From assembly GCA_951406725.2 (NCBI GenBank), contig OX597823.1:41478001-41542000 (forward strand): DNA of 64,000 nt, read 5' to 3'. Positions within the stretch are counted from its first letter, which is position 1. Each line of letters starts with the position of its first letter. Of this stretch, positions 54,989 through 64,000 are shown one piece after another. The position numbers were made by a program, and so were the translations under genes. A model generated the notes under the pieces. It was not told where the DNA came from. It made no database searches and saw only the letters and a program-made list of their open reading frames with translations. Source of the stretch: Octopus vulgaris. Its lineage: Eukaryota.

Positions 54989-57900
54989 AATGTCTTCATC
55001 TGTATTATTAGTAATGATTGCAATACTGGTTTAAAAAAAACATTCTCTTTGTACTTTTCATATTATACAGCATATTTTACACATTATTTTGACTTAATTA
55101 AAGCTTCTGATAATTGCCTTATTGTCTGATTGATTGGTTTATAAATAATTCCAGTGTCTCTATTGTAGTTTTTGTTAGATCTTGTGTATTTATTGCCAGG
55201 AAATGGAAATGAATGGAGATTTTTTTGTGGAGAAAAAGCAGAATGGTGCCTGCATTCTGCAAGCATCTAAACTATCTGAAATAGATAGTCTTCTCTGCAA
55301 TTAATATTTCTGCTTGGCCTACCAAATTAACAGAATCTAACGAATGAACAAAAGACTTTAATTTAATGATAATTCTTTCATTCGGGCTGTTTAATACAAC
55401 TTTTTTTTTTCTTTAGGCCAACAGAAATCAAGTGTGTATGTGTGTGTATGCATATGTACATATATACACTTTTGTATGTGTGTGTATATGTGCGCATATA
55501 TATGTGTCATATATACATGTAATTTATACATACATACAAAAATATAATATAATGACATTTATTCATACATATAATTTATGCAAACCCTCACACATACACA
55601 CAAACTTGTATATATGCATAAAGAAACACATGCATGTACACATTTGCACATACTCATACATATGTATTTGTGTGTGTGCAAGCATGCAACCTGTATGTAA
55701 ACGACTTCATTATTTTCTTAATATCGGCCAGACATTCAGATAATTATATTTATTTATTTATTCCCTGCATACGTAATTTTTAATATTTTAATTGTTGACT
55801 AATACATACAGCCATATGAAAAAGTTGAATATTGCTAATCAATGAAGAGAGGTAGTTGCTAATTAAGAGTGCGTTTGTGTTTAGCTCATCTGCACCCACA
55901 GAAACAAGCTATGACTGGAAAGGTTATACTTGAAAGTTGAAAATCAAAAATCTTTATGATTTAGAATTATGATCAAAGTCACTTAATTAGTCAATATCCA
56001 AAAAATATTAAGTCAGAGCAGCAAAAAGTATTTCTTCATTGTTGCATATGTGGTTAATACAGAATAATATTTTATTGCGATAGGTTGGTGATCTTTGTAC
56101 AGGACTAAATATTTTCAAATATGACAATAAAACTTTTTGAACCATTCCAACTCTGACTCCAACTTCATCCCCTCCACACCATTCCCCCACAAATATGCAA
56201 ATGGCAGATCATTTCCTTACAAAAGAAAGAGATGTGAAACATGCATAAAATGAAACAGCTGCAGAAAATGATTCTGTTGTCCTCCATAATGTACAAATAT
56301 ATGCAAAGAAAGGAAGATAAAGGCCCAACTTGTAGTAATAGTGATGTAAGTAGAGCTAGTAGAGCCATCACTTCTAAGTGAGTATACCTTGGTAATTATG
56401 CACGATACTGTTGCTAATTGTTTTAAGTGCCTATGTGTTATATTCATAAGCCTACATAGACACCCTCTTGATCCTTTCAACTCTGATACTCTAGAACATC
56501 AAGGATGTGACAACAGGGGAGAGAGAGGTCAAGACTAGGATAAGACTGATACTCATTTACTCCTGAGTGGATGGGACCAATATGAAATGAAGTGTCTTGC
56601 TTAAGGACACAACTGAATTCACAAACTGATGATCATGAGCTACACAGCTTAACCGCTTAGCCATGCACTTTACAATATTGATATCACGAACAAATCAACT
56701 AATATATATGAACTGAGTTTATTATAGTGCAATGTATAATTATCTTCACCTTCATCATCATCGTTATTTAACATCCATAGTCAATGGTAGCATGGGTTGG
56801 ATGGTTTGGCCAGATAAGACAAATTTGGAAACTACATCATGCTCTAATGTTTGCTTTGGTATCATTCTACTGTGGTTGGACGCCCTTATTAATGCCAATG
56901 AGATAAAAAAAAACTTTTATTAGTGAGGCAGTTATGAACAATTCTAACTAAAACAATTATAGTATATAGAAAATATCTGAACATTAAATTGAGGATTGTA
57001 TTTACTTTAAAAGAGGGAAGGAGGGGTCAAGCAAAAGATTGATTTGTGGCATTGCACATACAGTCTCAAATCACCCTGACACCCCAAAGGCAATTCCATT
57101 CACCTAGATCTTGTTGCTAGTCTACTGTCATGTAGTTAGTGTAGAGCCATTTAGCCACACCAGTTGTGCTACACTTGCTCACCTTTCATAAGATTTACTG
57201 AAGAGCAACACCAGTTTTTCTCTCTCTACTCTCACCATTTTGTTTATGTTTTACTTGAAGAAAGTGAGTACTTTGTCAGAGAGAGAAGGCTTGTTCAACC
57301 ATGTCCACTTCACAACTACATTAATTATAACTACCAGACAAAGGCAAACTCTCTGTTCTTCTTCAAACAAATAAAATCCTAGATGATACCTAGATTTATC
57401 CTGCTTATTATAACAGTTATTTAACATAAAGTCACAAATCTGGATCTTTAGGACACTGAACAAGTACATAATACCTGCATGCATCTCAGCTAGTACCTTT
57501 ACACTCTATTCTAAGCAGTCAAAATTTCTTTAGAACTGCAAAGCCAAAGACTTTTGGAAGTTATCCATAATCTCCAATGTGAAAAACCTTGCACAAAAAA
57601 GAAAAATAGATCACTCAGAATGTACATGGCAACACCCACAATCACTCCCAGACAGTTGCCATTCCTGTCCTTTATCAATGCATTATAGAATACAAGAGTT
57701 CACTTTCTACCAACTGCATTGTTCATTAGGGTACAGCAGCAATATTTAGCTACATTTCAGAGGCAAAATGACTCACTTCTCCCCAGTCTGCAACTGTCAC
57801 ATCTGTTCAGTAACATCTTCATTCAGAAGTTTCTGCAGTTTTCATAGTCTCTGTGCATGCAATGGCATTCCAAGAGTCTTCTGGAGTGGCTATTGCTAAC

Positions 57901-58827
57901 AAGTCAGCCTCCCAGCCAGAAAGATCTGTTTTCCCACTCAGAAAGAAAAGACTATTTTTGCCAGTCTGCTTAAATTTTTCCTGGAACGGTCATAAAGTAG
58001 TCCACCATTGAAGTTATAAAGATGTCTGTCATCTCTGATATTTAAATAACAGATTCTTTGCATACCATTTCTGTTGCAGACCCTGAATCATTTAAATTCT
58101 TACCCATTCTTCGTCTGTTAATATTGTTCTCTCCACCCACATTTCACATTGATCACTCACACACTGAGTCACCAAATTATGTCCCCTCCATCACCATACA
58201 TCTCTTGCTCTCCTCCTGTACTATTTCTGCTTGTCTCTTCCTCCATTCATGCAACTTACCCAACCATGTGTCACCTCTCTCTCTCTCTCTTTCTCTCTCA
58301 TCCTTCCTTTGTCTTCTGTACCATCATTACTATTTTGCTGCGCCCCCTCTTTTTTTTCTGCACAGTTAGTCATTTACCAGCCACATGTTTCAGAAGCAAA
58401 CATCTCTAATAGAAGATACCAACACCTTAGACTTGTGTCCCTTACTATAACCATGGGCTGATGAAGACCATGGCTGCAATGTGTGTATGTGTGTGTGTGT
58501 GTGTGTATACGTGTGTTTATGGGTGTGGTTGTGTTAATGTCTTCTTGTTTTGGCATCACATGGTCATTGTAAATAAGTGTCCCTGTCATACCAGTGGTGT
58601 CCTTTATTTCCAATTCTCCATGTAAACTTCTTTGGCCATGAAGGATATATTACCTTACTTAGTAACAGGTGAGGAAATAGGTGACAAAAAGGGTGTCAGG
58701 TCAAAGCAGTAAAAAAAAATCTACCTCAATGAATTCTTTCTGACCCATTCAAGCATGGAGATGTAGATGTTAGAATTATAATGATGATTTTGCACACACA
58801 CACATACACATATATATATACAGAGAT

Positions 58828-58858
<31 letters not shown>

Positions 58859-58884
58859 CACATACCTACATACATCTCTCTCTC

Positions 58885-59018
58885 TCTCTCTTTCTCTCTC
58901 CCTTGCTTACTAGCCTCATGGTCTCGGGGTCAGTCCCCCTGCGTGTTTCTTCTACTATAGCCTCAGGCTGACCAAAGCCTTGTGAGTGGATTTGGCAGAG
59001 GAAAACTGAAAGAAGCCG

Positions 59019-59049
<31 letters not shown>

Positions 59050-59800
59050 ACCGGAGTAAGCACATAAATGTGAAACAAGGTGGAAAAAAGAGTACTCAAT
59101 TACCGGAGGTAGAGTAATATGCTTTATTTAAAAGCAGCAGAAATATAACAAAAGTTGTTACTCAGAGTTTCACATTCCCATTCATTGGACAGTTTTTAAA
59201 CAAAATTATGAAAACTGTCCAACGAATGGGAAAGTGAAACTCTGAGTAACAGCTTTTGTTATATTTCTGCTACTTTTAAATAAAGTACATTATATATATA
59301 TATATATATATATATGTGTATCGCCTGGCCCCATGCCGGTGGCACGTAAAAAGCACCATCCGTCCGTGGCCGTTTGCCAGCTCCATCTGGCACCTGTGTG
59401 GGTGGCACGTAAAAAGCACCCACTACACTCACGGAGTGGTTGGCGTTAGGAAGGGCATCCAGCCGTAGAAACATTGCCAGATCAGACTGGGCCTGATGCA
59501 GCCTTCTGGCTTCACAGACCCCAGTTGAACCGTCCAGCCCATGGAAAGTGGACGCTAAATGATGATGATGATGTATGTATGTATGTATGAATGAATGTAT
59601 GTATGTATGTATGCATGCATGCATATGTTTGTGTGTCTGTGTTTGTCCCCCCAATATTGCTTGACAACTGATGGTGGTGTGTTTACATCCCTGTACTAGC
59701 AGTTCAGCAAAAGAGACCTACAGAATACAAAGAATAAGTCCCGGGATCGATTTACTAAACTAAAGGTGGTCAAATGACTGAAACAAGTAAATGAATAAAA
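58885..59800 (+). mobile_element. SINE family A split by two nested insertions in its internal microsatellite
   Basis: First half about 58885-59022, second half about 59625-59800. The Penelope-like palindrome and a family C copy lie between. Confidence 0.7.
59051..59290. mobile_element. Penelope-like terminal sequence with a 75-bp inverted duplication; each arm carries a decayed hammerhead motif
   Basis: Arms 59122-59196 and 59211-59285 (4 mismatches, 14-nt spacer). Related collapsed fragment at 1731-1800. Confidence 0.6.
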
Positions 59801-60834
59801 GATATATATATATATATATATATAATTGACAGAGCAGCTTTCTTCCATTCACTATAGTCAAAAAGTTTGTGGTTCACTATCATTCACAATTTAAACAAGA
59901 AAACAAATATTGTGAAAGACAACAATAGATTTGTGTCTTTTTAATTAATTAGTTTTTTTTACTTTGCTTCTTTTTTCTTCTCTTTCTATTATTTCTTTAC
60001 TGTTTTTTTCTCATTAACTTTTCAATGAATTTACTTGTCCCATTCTCCTTACAGAAAAATTCCCAGTAGGGGAGACTGCACACCTCTGTGTGCTTGCAAC
60101 TTTCCTCTCATTCACTACATCACCAACAAAAAACAAACACTACTATGTTTCTATATAGGAAGTTAAGCCAGAAGACAAGTTAGCATTAATTTTTCTGATA
60201 TCAAATCATTTTACTTGTATTTCTTTATTTTGTTTTTGTATTTTTTTTTAGAAAAAATAACTTCATAGACTTGTGTTTGTTTGGTCCAGACATATAAAAA
60301 AGAAAAAAAAATGACAAAAACAAACAAAAATTGCTTTTATCATAATCAATTATCCCCCCTCCTCTTCTTCATTGTCATCATCATTTCCATTATCATTGTT
60401 GTCATCATCATTATTATCATTATCAGCATCGTCTTCATCTACTTTTACTTCTGCTTCTCCTCCTTCATCTCTGCCTCTGTCTCCTCCTGCTCCATCTCTG
60501 CCTCCTAACTTCTTCTCCACCCACTTCTTCAGTTAAATTAGGTAAAACAAGACCACAACAGATTCAGTAACTCACAGTTTCAATTCCAAATGTTGCCAAA
60601 GCTAACTTAGCCTTGTGCCCTTATGCCCTTCATCTTCAGAGGCCAGACATTTTTTCAGCTCTTGTAGGTTGCTGACCCTTTACAAGTTACCTATGTAACC
60701 CATAATGGAACATAGCCTACACATCTAAGACAGACTGCCTATTATGCAAACATTTTAGATTGAATTAACAATTAAAGTTACATTGTATTCATTTTGCAAG
60801 CTTCTTGATACAAAATCATGTGTTAAAACAGATA

Positions 60835-61204
60835 TTTTTACCCCTGTCTTAGAGAAGGCAGAGGTATTGTTTTTCAGTTGTGTTTGTTTATTTGTCTGTG
60901 GACATGACATCTCAAGAACCGCTGGATGGATTCCGATTAAACTTTCAGGGATGTCTGGCCCCATGACTGGCACAAACTGATTAGCGTTTGGGATTGATTC
61001 GGTACCAGACAAGGATTCTTGATTATTTTTCCGTTTTTCTTACTTAATTTTTGAGGGTGGTTGGGTTCATTTTTAGTTTTCTTGTTTGTGAGAGCAGTCG
61101 AGTTTATTTCAGATATTCTCATTTTAAAAATCATCTCCGGCTAATCATTGAGAGGACGTTGGTATTGCCTTGGCAGAGGTTAACACTCTCTGAGTGCTCT
61201 TGTT
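60835..61204 (+). mobile_element. Non-autonomous DNA element with asymmetric sub-terminal repeats (HINE/Helentron-like or CryptonA-N-like architecture)
   Basis: 5' hairpin acccctgtct...aggcagaggt, 3' repeat ggcagaggt (61172-61180), then terminal hairpin cactc-tct-gagtg and tcttgtt. Confidence 0.6.
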
Positions 61205-61909
61205 TATACTTGGGTTTGGTCATATTTTTCCAGTTAAACACATGCACTATATATTTGGTCTTGACTTCAGCTTTATTATTATTATTATTATTATTTTAGT
61301 TACTTTGTCAAAGCTCTTTTGTCACACACTCTGTGACCTCTTCAGGCATGTGGGATTGAGATTTGCTAAAGAGGTCACAGAATGTGTGAGGAAAGAGCTT
61401 TGGCATAGAAACTAAGACATTAGTAATAAAGCCAAAGTGAAGACCAGATATATACAGTGCATGTGTTTAATTGGCTAAATATGCTCATCCCCAAGTATAA
61501 CAATAATAAATAAAGCTATCTTACTAATTGACAAGCCTTCACTCAATCAAAAAAACCGATACTGAGTTTTATGACCACCACCTTATAACTTAGGTCTCTG
61601 AGCAGATTCCTCTCTGATAGGCCAGGTCTTTGGTTTAAAGATATGTTCTTTCTTTCTTCTTACAAGTCATGGAGGTGCTATAAAGAGTTCTGGGTATTAT
61701 CCTTTCCTTTTAAATATAAGATTAAAAAACAAACTCACTTTGAGACATGTATGGCTGTGTGGTTTAAGAAGTTTGTTTTGCAACCATGTAGTTTTGGTTT
61801 ACTGTTTTTGTGTGGCACCTTGGACAAGTGTATTCTATAGCCCTGGGCCAAGAAATTTCTTGTGAATGAATTTAGTAGATGGAAACTGTGAGGAAGTCTA
61901 TTGTGTGTG

Positions 61910-61942
<33 letters not shown>

Positions 61943-64000
61943 ATTTATGCATTTTTTATCTTTTACTTGTTGCAGTTATTAGTCTGTGGCCAGGCTGGGG
62001 CACCACCTTGAAAATTTTTTAGTCAGGTGAATTGGCCCCAGTACTTATTTTTTAAAGCCTGGTACTTATTCTGTCAGGCTCTTTTGCCAAACCAGTAGGT
62101 TACAGGAACAAAACACATCAACATGAGTTGTCAAGTGGTGGTGACGGAAACATCAAATTCACACTGTAAAGTGGTTGGCATTAGAAAGGGCAGTCAGTCA
62201 AATACACCATACCAAAGCTGATACAGTAGCTTGTTGCAGCCCTGTGACTTGCTAGATCATGTCAGGCCCTTCAACCCAGGGCAGCATGGAAAGTGGACGC
62301 TAAATGATGGTGACACAGTACCAGTAACATATATTTTATTCTTGCATAAAAAACACAATGTTTTGACCTAATTAAAAGACCCATAATGACCCATATCTCT
62401 TACCTTCTCAGTTTGAGTAATAAGTATTATTTTTTATCGTTAAATATTTACATCATATCTACATTTATCATAATCCTTCTCAGTATATTCATGGAGTAGT
62501 GAGGGTTGTATTAAATATAAATATTAGGCAGCATGTTGCGACCATAATGATAAAAATGATTTCTTAGACTAGAAAATTAAGTTATGTCATTTGCTGAAAA
62601 ATAATACCAGCAACACACATACATGCACATGCACACACACACATGAACATGCATGCACACTCACAGAGCATAGAGTCTGGTGTCTATTGACTTACACTTT
62701 CAGATTATGCAATAATAATCATAATAGTAAACACATTATCAGGGCCATCTACTTTATGCCTACTAGATCACTAATGTACAAATTTATGGTTATGTTATAT
62801 TGTATTTGTCATGTCTCTTGCCATTTTCTTTCATTACTAAGCCTTATCTAATTTCTTAGAATAAAAATTAGTTTAGTCAGTTACAAATGCAATATACATG
62901 ATTATTCCCAAAACTTCTGTAATTGGATTTTGTTTTTTGTTTTCTCGCTTTACAATAAAACTCCAATTTTTTTTTTTTTTTTTTTGCATATGATATTGAA
63001 TTAATGAATTTAGAAGATATTTTGAAAGCAGGGCGGAAAACTAACGATAAATAAGAATATCCTTATGTGAAAAAGGCTGATGGAAAATAGATATTTTCAT
63101 GCAACAAATGTTCTGTAGCAGGGAATCAGAGCCATATTGAAGACAAAACATTTGAATGCTAATCACCATTAATGATTTCAAGTTTTGTTATGGTTATTTG
63201 GGTTTTCTTAAACACTGGTTGAAAAAGTTAAAGAAAATCATCATCAACGTTTAATGTCCATGGATTGACTGGTTTAACAGAAATTGATGATCTACAGAGT
63301 ATGCCAAGCTTCAGTGTCTACTTTCTGATGGTTTCTATAGTTGGATGCCCTTCCTAATGCCAACCACTTGACTGAGCTCACTGGCTGCTGTTTTCATAGC
63401 ACCAGCATCAGTGGGATCACCAAGTAACTTGTTAGACAAGACTCCTGAACTGAGGAAGGTATAGTATTGAGGGAGGTGGCTTTATACCATATGTTAAGAG
63501 GTTCACTCATTCCAAGGTGGCAGATCCCTCATCTAGGATACCACATACTGTAATACCTTCTCCAGCAGTAACTTGGTGTGTTCAACTACAAGCCCAGGCT
63601 CTGCTGTGAAAAGCAAACTGTCACGATATTGGTTTCTCTCTGACAGATTTATGGTCAAGCCTGTGGCAGTGACCTCTAGCATCCTTGGCCCCAGACCGTA
63701 TACCTGTTCACTGTTATTGGGGCAGAGATTGCAGTCAGCAAGTATAAGGCTCATGTGTCAGAGTGGCTGTTCCAGTGCATCTCCCTTCCCATCCTCTGAA
63801 ACAATGCATTTTCCATTTTGTCTGCTGGGACTATGAAGCAGTCTGACTTATAGGAAACTGTACATTCTGTTCCTTAATGTAAAGTTACTCCACATATATA
63901 TATAATAATAATGTATGATACATACAAAGAGAGAAAACCACTATGTGGATTTCTTAAATGCTAAAAGTGGCAGTATGTTTCATACACCATTATATTTCAA

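Larger units (their letters stand above)
52690..54990 (+). mobile_element. Second (ATT)n-nested cluster: about 5 SINE family B copies, a partial family D element and an R4/Dong-type LINE end
   Basis: B copies at about 52730-52925, 52930-53125, 53430-53585, 53678-53880 and 54577-54795, each followed by ATT repeats or the next element. Confidence 0.75.

Noticed and set aside
60054-60160. Possible exon after a long polypyrimidine tract (ccttacAG)
   Set aside because: No sushi cysteine pattern and no good donor before the stop codon.
63533-63836. Overlapping 73- and 87-aa ORFs in a GC-richer stretch (similar stretches at about 41480-42100 and 57600-58050)
   Set aside because: No recognisable motif or splice structure; probably old TE remnants that I cannot assign.

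Overview
AT-rich, microsatellite-saturated eukaryotic DNA. The SINE families look like those of Octopus (coleoid cephalopod); this is recalled pattern recognition, not a database result. Nearly all ORFs in the supplied track are microsatellite artefacts. The window appears to be intronic sequence of one large + strand gene. It has a clean 141-nt phase-1/phase-1 exon encoding an 8-Cys WAP-type domain of the LEV-9 kind (37519-37659). A probable signal-peptide exon lies 18.5 kb upstream (18951-19020), and its ATG overlaps the stop of a short uORF (TAATG). No following (sushi/CCP) exon was found in the remaining 26 kb. The rest is a nested retroelement ecosystem: several tRNA-derived SINE families (some with clear TSDs), RTE-clade LINE ends, two R4/Dong-type LINE remnants with a ~550-bp non-coding element sharing their (TAA)n junction register, Penelope-like remnants carrying three different minimal hammerhead-ribozyme motifs, and a few MITE-like DNA elements. 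Repeat boundaries are read by eye and approximate unless TSDs are given.
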